From the NCBI GenBank assembly GCA_013152295.1, contig JAADGQ010000131.1:6219-70218 (forward strand): a stretch of DNA of 64,000 nt, read 5' to 3'. The DNA is from Gammaproteobacteria bacterium (lineage in GTDB: Bacteria; Pseudomonadota; Gammaproteobacteria; JAADGQ01). Shown here piece by piece: positions 31,257-40,666 of the stretch; the stretch's first letter is position 1, and each line of letters opens with the position of its first letter. The translations under genes and the position numbers were made by a program. Under the pieces are notes generated by a model. The model saw only the letters and a program-made list of their open reading frames with translations, did not search any database and was not told where the DNA came from.

Positions 31257-32342
31257 ATGCGATTTGAAGAGACGCTTGCCGGAAATTATAGCTACGTCTA
31301 CGGTGGCCCCGTTGCTCACGCAACCATTCGCCGCGACCCGGAAGATTTTCAGGTCGAGGAGGAGCTTGGGTTTGAACCCAGTGGCAGCGGCCAGCACCTG
31401 CTGCTGCAGATAAGAAAACGCAGCACGAATACCGACTATTGTGCCCGCCGACTCGCCGATTACTGCCAGGTCTCGCTGCGTGATGTCGGTTACGCTGGCC
31501 TCAAAGATCGCCACGCCGTCACCAGCCAGTGGTTCAGTATCGACCTCAAAGGCAAAACAGCTCCCGATTGGCAGCTATTTTGTGAAGAGAATATCGAGCT
31601 GCTACATGTCGAAGCGCACAACCGCAAGCTAAAAAAAGGGGCGCTCAGCGGTAACCGCTTTTCAATCATCCTGCGCGATATCAGTGGTGACAACGGTGCC
31701 ATTGAGCAGCGGCTGCAACAGATCGCCAGCACAGGCGTCGCCAACTACTTTGGCGAACAGCGCTTCGGCCATTCGAACATCGACATGGCCCGCAAGATGC
31801 TCAACAACGACATTGTGGTCAAAAATCGCCACAAAAAAGGGATCTATCTGTCAACAGCCCGAGCATTGCTATTCAACCATGTACTATCAAATCGCGTCAG
31901 CGACAGGAGCTGGAATCAGCCCGTTAACGGTGATGTCATGATACTGGCCGGTCGCCGCGCCACATTCCGCGCCGATCAAGTGGATGAGGCTATTACGCAG
32001 CGACTCGAAGCCGGTGAAATCCATATCACCGGTCCACTGTGTGGCCGCGGTGAACAGCTCATTCAAGAGGATGCGAAAACCATTGAAGAGCCTCTGCTCG
32101 CCCCCTGCACATTCTGGGTCAAAGGTCTGGAGCGCGCTGGCGTGGAGCATGGGCGGCGACCTCTGAGACTCAGCGTCGAAAACCTCCATTGGCAATGGCT
32201 GGAGAGCGATGTGCTCAACCTGCACTTTCGCCTCACCTCTGGCAGCTACGCCACATCAGTGTTACGCGAAATCGTTAGCTATCAACAACACCACGAATCC
32301 ATGCAACGATCATCCGAAAAGAACAACAGAAAAAACCTATGA
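31257..32342 (+). CDS. truD: tRNA pseudouridine(13) synthase
   Basis: GYAGLKDRHAVTSQWFSI and GEQRFG motifs of TruD. Confidence 0.9.
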   Translation: MRFEETLAGNYSYVYGGPVAHATIRRDPEDFQVEEELGFEPSGSGQHLLLQIRKRSTNTDYCARRLADYCQVSLRDVGYAGLKDRHAVTSQWFSIDLKGKTAPDWQLFCEENIELLHVEAHNRKLKKGALSGNRFSIILRDISGDNGAIEQRLQQIASTGVANYFGEQRFGHSNIDMARKMLNNDIVVKNRHKKGIYLSTARALLFNHVLSNRVSDRSWNQPVNGDVMILAGRRATFRADQVDEAITQRLEAGEIHITGPLCGRGEQLIQEDAKTIEEPLLAPCTFWVKGLERAGVEHGRRPLRLSVENLHWQWLESDVLNLHFRLTSGSYATSVLREIVSYQQHHESMQRSSEKNNRKNL

Positions 32343-33053
32343 ATTCCCACTCAAAAAACAGGTGTGCAACCGTACTTATCAGTGGCGCGAACAGAGGTAT
32401 CGGCCTCGAATTTTGCCGTCAATATACGCAGGCCGGTTGGCACGTCATTGCCTGTTGCCGGGATGTCAGTGGTGCCACACAGCTACAAAACCTCTGCCAT
32501 ACAGCAGCAGGTCAATTTGAAATTTTCCCGCTCGCTTGATCTGCTTGAGTCCAAGCAAATCAAGACGCTATCAGCCAGCTTGGCAGGTCAATCCATCGAC
32601 CTGCTGATCAACAACGCGGGCTACTATGGTCCCAAAAACGCGGCATTAGGCTGCATCGATAGTGATGAATGGATGCGGGTTCTACAAATCAACACCATCG
32701 CGCCGCTCAAGCTGGTCGAAGCACTCATACCTCAATTGGCGCTGTGCAAACACGCCACCGTTGCCATGCTCAGCAGCAAAATGGGCAGTATGGATGACAA
32801 CCATTCTGGCGGTTCTTATATCTACCGCTCATCGAAGGCGGCGCTAAATGCCATCACCAAAAGTCTGGCCATTGACCTGGGCATCAAGGCAGTGGCACTG
32901 CATCCCGGCTGGGTGAAAACAGATATGGGCGGCACCAATGCGCTGATCACGACTGAAACTGCCGTTAGCGGCCTGCGCCAAGTGATCGCGCAACTCACGC
33001 CTGAGAACAGCGGCTCATTCTTCGCCTATGATGGCACTGCCATCCCCTGGTAG
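32339..33053 (+). pseudogene. short-chain dehydrogenase/reductase (C-factor-like SDR) disrupted by a +1 frameshift
   Basis: N-terminal 66 aa (VLISGANRGIGLEF...) in frame 2 ends at TGA 32537-32539. The rest (LDLLESK...NNAGYYG...YRSSKAAL...) continues in frame 0 from ~32538. A 4-nt gctt at 32534-32537 (repeated at 32544-32547) separates the two frames. Start overlaps the truD stop by ATGA. Confidence 0.6.
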
Positions 33054-33102
33054 TCTGGTAACAGACATCTGTTACCCCCCCCCTCAAAAAAACCAAAAAA
33101 AA

Positions 33103-33127
33103 GCCGCCCCTAGCAAAAAAGGGCGGC
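33103..33127 (-). terminator. rho-independent terminator for the PEP-CTERM protein gene (GCCGCCC stem, then TTTTTTTTGGTTTTTTT on the minus strand)
   Basis: Seen directly. A second perfect 8-bp hairpin (GGTAACAG-acat-CTGTTACC) at 33057-33076 follows the SDR stop. Confidence 0.6.
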
Positions 33128-33178
33128 ACAAAACAAAACATCACTGACAAATAATTAAATACGGCTATTTGGCTATCT

Positions 33179-33772
33179 CTATCTATTTAAAAAAGGGGGA
33201 TATGTTGCAGCTCGACGGCGAGCGACGAGACCCATCCCCACCAAACCAAGCCCCATAATTGCGAGAGTGCCAGGCTCAGGCACACCAATCTGGGTCACCT
33301 GTCCACTGGACTGCGCCAGGTTAAAACCATAGCCGGTAACATTAGCAGCCGATGGACTACCGACGGCGCCAACCCCAAAATCCAAGGCTAACGCCGCAGT
33401 ATCGTACTGATCAATGGTGAAAGCACTGCCACTCACTCTACCGCCAGTGGTATCGACATAGAGGTAGGCGTCGATGGATTCGCCGCCCACATTATCATTC
33501 GTCAAATAGAGTTTAATACCACTGAAGCCGCTAAAATCGAGCGACCCGGCAACGCCGAAGTCGGCTTGGTTAGCGCCCACTCCAGACCATGTGGTGGTTA
33601 GATCTCCGCCGTCGGTGACGCCAATCGACACAACGATGGGATCACCACCCTGATATTCAAAATCAGCCAGCTGCTCAGCGGAGTATGTAAAATTCGCCGC
33701 TTGCACAGACGAGATAGAGAAAAAACAGACCAGCAAGGCGCAACCCATTGCAAGAATATGGCGTTTAATCAT
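33179..33772 (-). CDS. PEP-CTERM sorting-domain secreted protein (putative exosortase substrate)
   Basis: Signal peptide (CALLVCFFSISSVQA), Gly/Asp/Thr-rich body, C-terminal VPEPGTLAIMGLGLVGMGLVARRRA (PEP motif, TM helix, Arg cluster) with an unusual 9-aa extension. Confidence 0.8.
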   Translation of the reverse strand: MIKRHILAMGCALLVCFFSISSVQAANFTYSAEQLADFEYQGGDPIVVSIGVTDGGDLTTTWSGVGANQADFGVAGSLDFSGFSGIKLYLTNDNVGGESIDAYLYVDTTGGRVSGSAFTIDQYDTAALALDFGVGAVGSPSAANVTGYGFNLAQSSGQVTQIGVPEPGTLAIMGLGLVGMGLVARRRAATYPPFLNR

Positions 33773-33874
33773 GATTTGAATTCCTTCGGATACGAGGAGT
33801 TAGCTTAATTTTTTAAAAATTATCGCCCGAATTTCTGATAAACCGGCGACTTGATTCGTTGTTGTGCAAATAAA

Positions 33875-33889
33875 GCAAATACTTTGCCA
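33875..33889 (-). promoter_or_regulatory. sigma-54 (-24/-12) promoter TGGCAAAGTATTTGC upstream of the PEP-CTERM protein gene
   Basis: Minus-strand reading gives TGGCA-N6-TTGC with correct GG/GC spacing, ~100 nt upstream of the ATG at 33772. Consistent with control by the sigma-54 activator PrsR. Confidence 0.5.
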
Positions 33890-33926
33890 GCTTTTTAGCT
33901 TTTTGTTTTTATAGGATATTTAATCG

Positions 33927-33943
33927 CATTCAGTGACTGAATG
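33927..33943. promoter_or_regulatory. perfect 8-1-8 palindrome CATTCAGT-G-ACTGAATG, candidate enhancer-binding-protein site
   Basis: Located ~40 bp upstream of the -24 element relative to transcription direction. Confidence 0.35.
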
Positions 33944-34217
33944 TGGGTGTATTGTAAAGAAAACCAACACCACAAACGACTACACTGCAATGCCTCAATA
34001 CAGCATCCCGGCGTTCGGCCAGCTCGACTCGAAACTCCTCTGAAATGACAATGTCATCTGTGCGCATTTGCCCTCAAGGGCAGCAAACGTGCATCGGCAA
34101 GCCATGATATGATTACTTATTCGGTAGCTGAAAAGTAACGCGATAGATCAGGGGGGGCTCGTTCCCTCCGCGAAGCTAAAAAACGGTCGACATCAAACGA
34201 CCGCGCAGGATGAAATC

Positions 34218-35537
34218 ATGAGCGGCACAAGTCAATCTCGAATTAAAATTCCGGTCGTCATAGAAGGGCGCTCGTCTACGCCATACAAAGGCTTGCGCTG
34301 GAAAAATCGGGCCGCCCGTTACGGGGTCATCATTTTGGCGATTTTGATTCCGTTATCGGGTCTGTTTCGCATCGACGTGTCATCAGGCTTTATCATCCTC
34401 TCTCGGCAGGTCTGGTTTTCTGATTTTTTTCTGGTATTTGGCCTCTGGCTAGCGCTCGTCAGCTTGATCATCATGTTCTACTCAACGCTAGGCACTGCTT
34501 TTTGTGGCTGGGTCTGCCCACAAAATACGCTCTCATCCTGGGCCGATTCGGTCACACAGAAGCTTCTAGGCAAGCGCGCCGTCGTTGATTGGGAAAAGAG
34601 CGCGGGAGGAAAAGTCGCCGCCGCCAAAAACAGATGGGGAAACTGGCTGCTACTGGTGCTCAAATTAGTAGCAGCATCGATGCTGATTGCACTGATCCCT
34701 CTACTCTATTTCAACACCCCTGGTGCGATGTGGTCGTTTGTCACCTTTCAGGCTAACGATCAACTGGCGGGCTCTCTGCACTGGATATACCTGGTTTTTG
34801 TCTTCATCATTTTTGTCAACATTGCAGTGGTACGCCACTTTATGTGCCGCTACATGTGTTTCTATCGCATGTGGCAATTTCTGTTTAAAACGCGCGATAC
34901 GCTGCACGTAGAATACGATGAATCACGAGCGGATGAGTGCCGCAAATGCAACTACTGCGTCACGTCATGCATGGTCGGCATTGATCCCCGCAAGACGCAA
35001 ACATATGACAGCTGCACTAACTGTGGTGAGTGTTTGAGCGCCTGTGCGTCACTTCAAGCCAAAAGCGGAAAAAGCGGCCTGCTCAGCTTCAAATTCGGAC
35101 CACGCAGAAGTGAGCGCTTGCAGGTTGCTGAACAAACTAAACTGGCATCGATCTCCAGCCGCTTGAAGTGGGTATCCCCCGTATTTCTGCTCGGCACCGC
35201 CCTTTTTGTATGGGGATTGTGGTCATACCAGCCTTATCACTTCACGGTGTATCGAGCAGAGATGCAGCAGCGTGGCCAAATCGACAACTACCGTATCAAT
35301 ATCGCAAATAAGATCTACCATCCGGTGAACTTCACCATTGATATCGAAGGGATCGACAAAGCGCTGTACGAGATCGACACTACATCGATCAATCTTTCCA
35401 GTGCCGGTCGCAGCGATGCTCTGCTGCACATAAAAGAGGGCCTGCCAGGCGGCGTACATACGTTTACGGTGCGGGTGAGCTCTGACGATGGTTGGAGCAA
35501 CTCCTATAGAATGCAGCACATTGTAAAGAGAGGTTGA
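34218..35537 (+). CDS. CcoG/FixG/RdxA-family polyferredoxin membrane protein
   Basis: CGWVCPQNT motif after TM helices; two CxxCxxCxxxC-like 4Fe-4S clusters (CRKCNYCVTSC, CTNCGECLSAC); C-terminal Ig-like FixG_C domain. Confidence 0.8.
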   Translation: MSGTSQSRIKIPVVIEGRSSTPYKGLRWKNRAARYGVIILAILIPLSGLFRIDVSSGFIILSRQVWFSDFFLVFGLWLALVSLIIMFYSTLGTAFCGWVCPQNTLSSWADSVTQKLLGKRAVVDWEKSAGGKVAAAKNRWGNWLLLVLKLVAASMLIALIPLLYFNTPGAMWSFVTFQANDQLAGSLHWIYLVFVFIIFVNIAVVRHFMCRYMCFYRMWQFLFKTRDTLHVEYDESRADECRKCNYCVTSCMVGIDPRKTQTYDSCTNCGECLSACASLQAKSGKSGLLSFKFGPRRSERLQVAEQTKLASISSRLKWVSPVFLLGTALFVWGLWSYQPYHFTVYRAEMQQRGQIDNYRINIANKIYHPVNFTIDIEGIDKALYEIDTTSINLSSAGRSDALLHIKEGLPGGVHTFTVRVSSDDGWSNSYRMQHIVKRG

Positions 35538-35538
35538 T

Positions 35539-35985
35539 ATGAGTGAGCAGAATCAAAACGGCAACAACAAAATCCCCCTGAAACCCACCACCAAAGTTGG
35601 CTGGGGAGAAACAGCTGCGGATAACTTTGGTTATGAGAGCGATGCCGAACGCATCAGCAAGCGCGGCCTGGAAGATTGGGAAATGCTTGAAAAGATGGAT
35701 GAATCTGACAACGCCATCCCCTACTGGTTTGTTGCCATCTTTATCGTGCTACTGCTCGTCGCGGTTGGCCTAACCTTTCCATTTTGGGGTGTGCGCTCCG
35801 GCTACGAACGCGACTGGTTCGACTGGGGTATCGTCGCAGGGGTTGCGTGGTGTGTGGCAATGGCTGCGCTGATCTATTACTTCGTGGATTACCGCTACCA
35901 GCACGCTGAAAAAGTGGCCAAAAAAGATGCCAACAACAGCCCTGATAACAACTCAGACAAAAACACAGCGGTACCGAAAGAGTGA
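35539..35985 (+). CDS. hypothetical two-TM membrane protein
   Basis: 148 aa; tightly coupled (1-nt gap) to the CcoG-like gene; hydrophobic segments IPYWFVAIFIVLLLVAVGL and IVAGVAWCVAMAALIYYF. Confidence 0.5.
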   Translation: MSEQNQNGNNKIPLKPTTKVGWGETAADNFGYESDAERISKRGLEDWEMLEKMDESDNAIPYWFVAIFIVLLLVAVGLTFPFWGVRSGYERDWFDWGIVAGVAWCVAMAALIYYFVDYRYQHAEKVAKKDANNSPDNNSDKNTAVPKE

Positions 35986-36020
35986 CAAACACGCAAACTA
36001 ACAGAACACGCGATCGCGTG

Positions 36021-36332
36021 ATGAGTGGTTATTTGGGTTGGGTGACTGTGGCTATTAGCACGATGCTGCTGGTGGGCTGTTCCCTAGAAAATGAGGGTTC
36101 ACCACGCAAAGCACTGCCTGAAAGCAACTCGCCAGGCGCGCAACTGTTGAAGAAATTTTGCTCCAATTGCCACGCCCCACCACAACCTGCGATCCACAAC
36201 CATGGTGAGTGGAAAAATATTGTGCTGCGCATGGAGGATCATCGAATCATGAATGGCGAAGAGCACATGACGGCATCTCAAATTGAGCAGTTAAGCGGTT
36301 ATTTAGACAAACATGCCGGAGGATCCAGGTAG
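36021..36332 (+). CDS. mono-haem c-type cytochrome lipoprotein
   Basis: Lipobox MLLVGCS; single CSNCH haem-binding motif. The ORF could start at GTG 35982, but the lipoprotein signal begins at ATG 36021. Confidence 0.65.
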   Translation: MSGYLGWVTVAISTMLLVGCSLENEGSPRKALPESNSPGAQLLKKFCSNCHAPPQPAIHNHGEWKNIVLRMEDHRIMNGEEHMTASQIEQLSGYLDKHAGGSR

Positions 36333-36334
36333 AG

Positions 36335-36781
36335 ATGAGGTACCTTGCAAGATTATTCATCGTGGCAGGAGTGTTGACAGGATTAGGTGGCTGCTCCGAC
36401 GAAGTTACACCCAGACTCGGCCCACAACAGTGGCAAGATATTGTCTTTCTGGTAGAGACGCGCCCACCACAGCTCCGCATCGGAATGAATGAGTTTTTGG
36501 TGCTTGCGAGCATCGACGGGCACAAACCCGCTCATGACATGATTCTCTCGTTTCGGCTTAACGGCGAAGGAAAATGGCAGCAGGCCATACAAGACGGCTA
36601 TGTTGGTGTTTACCGTAAAGCGATACGAGTTAACGATATCGAGAACGACGTGCTGGAGGTACGGGTTGAGCGCTATGTCGAAGGTCAAAACGAAAGGGAT
36701 CTGACGCTGCTGCGCTTTCCATTGCGCCAACAAACAGAGAAGAGAGCGCCAACGCCTACCAGCGAAACGGCAAAAGACTGA
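36335..36781 (+). CDS. hypothetical periplasmic lipoprotein (beta-rich, possibly FixH/Ig-like)
   Basis: Lipobox LTGLGGCS; no recognisable motifs; last gene of the four-gene operon. Confidence 0.45.
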   Translation: MRYLARLFIVAGVLTGLGGCSDEVTPRLGPQQWQDIVFLVETRPPQLRIGMNEFLVLASIDGHKPAHDMILSFRLNGEGKWQQAIQDGYVGVYRKAIRVNDIENDVLEVRVERYVEGQNERDLTLLRFPLRQQTEKRAPTPTSETAKD

Positions 36782-36808
36782 AAGAGTTCGTAACAGCAGT
36801 GCCACTAC

Positions 36809-38839
36809 TCACTTGCTTTCTGAATACGGGCACCTGGCTCTGCTGTAGTGAACATTGCGAATTTGGTTGACGATGGTTAGCAGTTTGTCCTCGTCCAGCG
36901 GTTTCGATAAAACTTCTACTGCACCAATCTCCAATCCTTCACTGCGGCAATCCGCGCGCGAGACGATGACCACGGGGACGTTGCTGAGCGCCAGATCGCC
37001 GTTGAATTTATCCATCAACGCCCATCCGACCTCCACATTGGGCAGGTTCGGATCAAGCAGTATCAGCATCGGCCTCACTGCACACGCACGAATAAAGCCA
37101 TCCTCTGAACTCGTAGCGGTGTAGACCAAGTAGCCCGACTGCCGCAATAGCCCTTCCATTCTGTCGACGAAACCTGCATCGGCATCGATGAGCAACGTTG
37201 ATGGGATATCGCTGGGCTCCGCCATCTGCGGTGCAGTTGATGGCCTATGGGCGTCATTTTCACGTTGCGAGGCTGGATTATCTTTGATCGGTAACGGGAT
37301 ATTGATGGTGAAGCGCGAACCTTTGTCTGGCTCGCTATCAACTTCGATATCACCACCCATCAGTCGGCACAGTCGTTGACTAATGGTCAGGCCGAGCCCG
37401 GTGCCACCATAATCGCGGGTGGTCGTCATATCCGCTTGACGAAACTCCTCAAAAATATGGCGTTGCTGCGCTTCGCTCATGCCAATACCGGTATCGCTAA
37501 CTACAACAACCACCCTATCGCTGTCGTGTTCGGCATCGATTTTGATCAATCCGTGGTGAGTGAACTTTGAGGCATTGCTGAGCAGGTTAAGCAGTATCTG
37601 GTAGAGCTTTTTAGCATCAATACGCAGGGTTTCTGTGACATTTTTGGTGACACTGATTTTGAGCTGATTGTCATTTTTGACCACAAGGGGACGAATGGTA
37701 TCTTCAGTTTGCCGAATAATGGACTCCAGGTCTGTATATTCGAGCAGTAGCTCCGCACGACCGGATTCGATTTTGGCCAGATCAAGAATACTGCTGATCA
37801 GTGACAGTAGATGGTGAGAGGCGTTGAGCACACGATTCAAGTCACTGACCACCGTTTCGGGACCGGCGAGCTCTTCGAGGCTCATCTCCGTATAGCCGAT
37901 GATAGCATTCAACGGTGTGCGCAGCTCGTGGCTCATATTGGCCAAAAATTCCGACTTCAGACGATTGGATTTGAGCGCCTCATCGCGCGCCTGCACAATC
38001 TCGGCTGTGACCACCGCAATCTGCGATTCGAGCATGTTTTTGTGGCGCCGCAAACGCATATTGCGCTCATCGAGGGTGTCCATCATGTTGTTGAACACCT
38101 CCCCCATGCAGGCAATTTCAACCGGCCCGGTCACTTCAGCGCGAACACTAGACTCTTCAGTTTTTGCTCGCAGCATGATGGTAGAGAGGTTTTGTAACGG
38201 GGTCGTGATGCGCCTGATAACGACCATCAACAGCAGCAGCAATATTGCAGCGAAGGCCATTGAGACGGCAATATTCTGGGCAAAAATAGCATACTGGACC
38301 GCGTTGAGTTGCGCCTTGCTCATGGTGACGTGCACGTAGCCCAGCAGCTCCGTTGCGGCAGGCGCTTCGTCAAACAGCGCCTCTGCTTCATTATCCTCGT
38401 TGCGGAAAGAGTAGACGGGTGCCATAAACTGCAGTACGGCGTCACTCTCATTAACCAACACCGCCTCTTTCCCAGGCTCGGTAACCGCGACGGGCAGTGC
38501 GGAAAGCGCCTGTTCAGGCTCTCCTCGGTCAATAAGTACTTTGCCACTATTATCGATGATCGCGACGTAATCGATGTCGGCAAAACCAAGCGTTGCTAGC
38601 AGCGCATCGCGAGCATTGTCTCCCGAACCAACCAGCAGCGATAGGACGCTCTGCTCGGCGAGGTTTCCGGTAATCTGCATACCCTGCTCGACCATACGCT
38701 CGCGGGCGCTACTGCTGGCCATCCACGCCGTCGTCAATGATGCTGAGAGCGCCAGAAAGATAATGCCCAAGGTAAAAACCAGGATCAGCTCCCGACGGAA
38801 GCTTGTTCTGCCCGATTTTAGGTTACTTAACATAGCCAT
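36809..38839 (-). CDS. hybrid sensor histidine kinase/response regulator with periplasmic sensor domain
   Basis: Two TM helices flanking a ~150-aa periplasmic segment, HAMP, HisKA (NMSHELRTPLN), HATPase_c (DTGIGM, GGTGLGL), C-terminal receiver with DD pair and LILLDPNLP phospho-acceptor. Confidence 0.85.
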   Translation of the reverse strand: MAMLSNLKSGRTSFRRELILVFTLGIIFLALSASLTTAWMASSSARERMVEQGMQITGNLAEQSVLSLLVGSGDNARDALLATLGFADIDYVAIIDNSGKVLIDRGEPEQALSALPVAVTEPGKEAVLVNESDAVLQFMAPVYSFRNEDNEAEALFDEAPAATELLGYVHVTMSKAQLNAVQYAIFAQNIAVSMAFAAILLLLLMVVIRRITTPLQNLSTIMLRAKTEESSVRAEVTGPVEIACMGEVFNNMMDTLDERNMRLRRHKNMLESQIAVVTAEIVQARDEALKSNRLKSEFLANMSHELRTPLNAIIGYTEMSLEELAGPETVVSDLNRVLNASHHLLSLISSILDLAKIESGRAELLLEYTDLESIIRQTEDTIRPLVVKNDNQLKISVTKNVTETLRIDAKKLYQILLNLLSNASKFTHHGLIKIDAEHDSDRVVVVVSDTGIGMSEAQQRHIFEEFRQADMTTTRDYGGTGLGLTISQRLCRLMGGDIEVDSEPDKGSRFTINIPLPIKDNPASQRENDAHRPSTAPQMAEPSDIPSTLLIDADAGFVDRMEGLLRQSGYLVYTATSSEDGFIRACAVRPMLILLDPNLPNVEVGWALMDKFNGDLALSNVPVVIVSRADCRSEGLEIGAVEVLSKPLDEDKLLTIVNQIRNVHYSRARCPYSESK

Positions 38840-38869
38840 GCTAGGTGAGATGGCCTGTGCGATCGCCTG

Positions 38870-39832
38870 TCAGCGAGCCGGAAATATCCATTTAAAATCG
38901 TCCATATGGTCAGAAATATCGAGACTGAGGTGTGCGGCAGTGCGCCTATTTAGAGACATATTGAGCTCTTTTACCGGCTCAATAACCAAAGGTCGTCGCC
39001 CTTTGATCTTGTTTTGGCTGAGCGCCATTTCGGCCAAGCTGACACCTAGTTTGAAGTAATCTGGCGACGCGGAAAACAGCACCCCTTTTTTCGCATGACT
39101 TGGCACACTGGAAAAAAGGATCAATTTTTTCTGCCAGGCTGCCTTCAACAACATCGAGATAATGGACTTGCCGTTGATGGCGTCGCGCATGATCCATATC
39201 GCGTCTGTATCGGATTGTATACGGTCAAGAATATCGCCATAGACTACAGCCGCTTCGCGCAAGCTGCTCACCGGGTACGCACGCAATTTAAGCCCAAATT
39301 TAGCGCTGGCTTGCTCACTTAGACGGTGTAACCACGAAAAACGGTTTGGGTTGTAGAGCACAACCACTCGCTTCACTTTCGGTGCGATCTTTTTCAGCTG
39401 GGCGAATAGACGCTCTACATCGGCCGTCAGGCTGATGCCAGACACACCCTCGCCATCAGTAATCAAATGGGCACCACTGATATAGGGTATATCGCTTTTC
39501 AAACGTTTGGTGGCATTAACGCCACGCTGCCCCAAAGCGATAATAGAGTCGGCCGGGTTCTCTTTCAGCCACTTGGCGAGGTCCTCCAGCTCGTACTTGC
39601 GGGGCAACTTGTATTGCCCGCTAACCATCACCCGTTGCTCTATGCCCAAGATAATGGAGGAGAAAACCTTTTGGTAAGGACCTCGGGCCTCAGGGTAGAT
39701 GACGACGACACTGGATGTAGCTGCGTATATCGGCAGAGAGGGGAAGGAGAGAAGCAGGGCAAAAAGCAATGGGATGAGCCGCCCCCAATGCATTTGGCTG
39801 CCACCGTGTCGTCGTTCAATCGAGCGATCCAT
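38870..39832 (-). CDS. COG2984-type periplasmic substrate-binding protein (ABC-type SBP without transporter genes)
   Basis: Signal peptide (likely start MHWGRLIPLLFALLL at 39793); PBP fold. Immediately upstream of and co-oriented with the hybrid kinase. Confidence 0.7.
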   Translation of the reverse strand: MDRSIERRHGGSQMHWGRLIPLLFALLLSFPSLPIYAATSSVVVIYPEARGPYQKVFSSIILGIEQRVMVSGQYKLPRKYELEDLAKWLKENPADSIIALGQRGVNATKRLKSDIPYISGAHLITDGEGVSGISLTADVERLFAQLKKIAPKVKRVVVLYNPNRFSWLHRLSEQASAKFGLKLRAYPVSSLREAAVVYGDILDRIQSDTDAIWIMRDAINGKSIISMLLKAAWQKKLILFSSVPSHAKKGVLFSASPDYFKLGVSLAEMALSQNKIKGRRPLVIEPVKELNMSLNRRTAAHLSLDISDHMDDFKWIFPAR

Positions 39833-40107
39833 GCGTTTTTCCGTTTCCCGTACCTGACTTTTTTGTTTTTACTTTTTATTATAAAAGTAGCAACAGCTGA
39901 GTGGATGCGGAGCATCAAGCCTCGACTGTATAACGGCGGCTATAGTCGTTGTTTTTAGCTTCCGTTGGAAACGCCTATCTGCGTGGATGTAGCCGCATAG
40001 GCTATACCGCTAATTGTTGCCCGGTTTGTGGTCTATATGCAATGATCCTGTTGAGCTGCGTACACACGACCAAATTGAGCGGTGCAAAAAAGTGCCTTTA
40101 AGAGACC

Positions 40108-40148
40108 TTTGCACGAAAACTATTTTTCGTGCAAATTTTCGTGCAAAG
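40108..40148. promoter_or_regulatory. operator-like array: 12-4-12 palindrome TTTGCACGAAAA-ctat-TTTTCGTGCAAA followed directly by a third direct copy TTTTCGTGCAAA
   Basis: Seen directly in the divergent promoter region between the SBP-kinase operon and the orphan CheY gene. A degenerate fourth copy (GGTGCAAAAAAGTGCC) lies at 40081-40096. Confidence 0.4.
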
Positions 40149-40245
40149 ATCTCTTAAACTTATTTTGCCAAGCCGACGATAACCGGTCTGTTGCGAAGTA
40201 CGGTAGAGATCTATTCGACCGCTTAATCATGGAACCACATCTTTT

Positions 40246-40614
40246 ATGGCAACAGAGATATTGCTTATCGAGGATCACCCGGATAATCGGGATATGCTGG
40301 CACGCCGTTTAACGCGGATTGGCTACACTGTTCACACCGCTGTCAATGGCGAAGAGGGTGTTCAAGCTGTATATGATCGACCACCTGAGTTGATCCTAAT
40401 GGACGTCAGCATGCCAATCATGGATGGTATCGAAGCAACGCGCCACATCAAATCAGACCCTGACTACCAACATATTCCTATCATTGGTATCAGCGGCCAT
40501 ACTTTGAGTGAAGAGAGGGAGAGGATGTTTGCTGCCGGCGCAAATGATTACACGCACAAGCCGATCGATTTTAACAAGCTGTCAATCTGTATTAAGCAGT
40601 GGCTTAGCCACTGA
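40246..40614 (+). CDS. single-domain CheY-like response regulator
   Basis: ILLIEDHPDNRDML, phospho-acceptor in LILMDVSMP, conserved T/S and K positions; no output domain. Confidence 0.85.
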   Translation: MATEILLIEDHPDNRDMLARRLTRIGYTVHTAVNGEEGVQAVYDRPPELILMDVSMPIMDGIEATRHIKSDPDYQHIPIIGISGHTLSEERERMFAAGANDYTHKPIDFNKLSICIKQWLSH

Positions 40615-40666
40615 GTGAGTATTGATGAGAAGCGCGAATTAATTTAATGGTTGAGTGGACGAAAAA

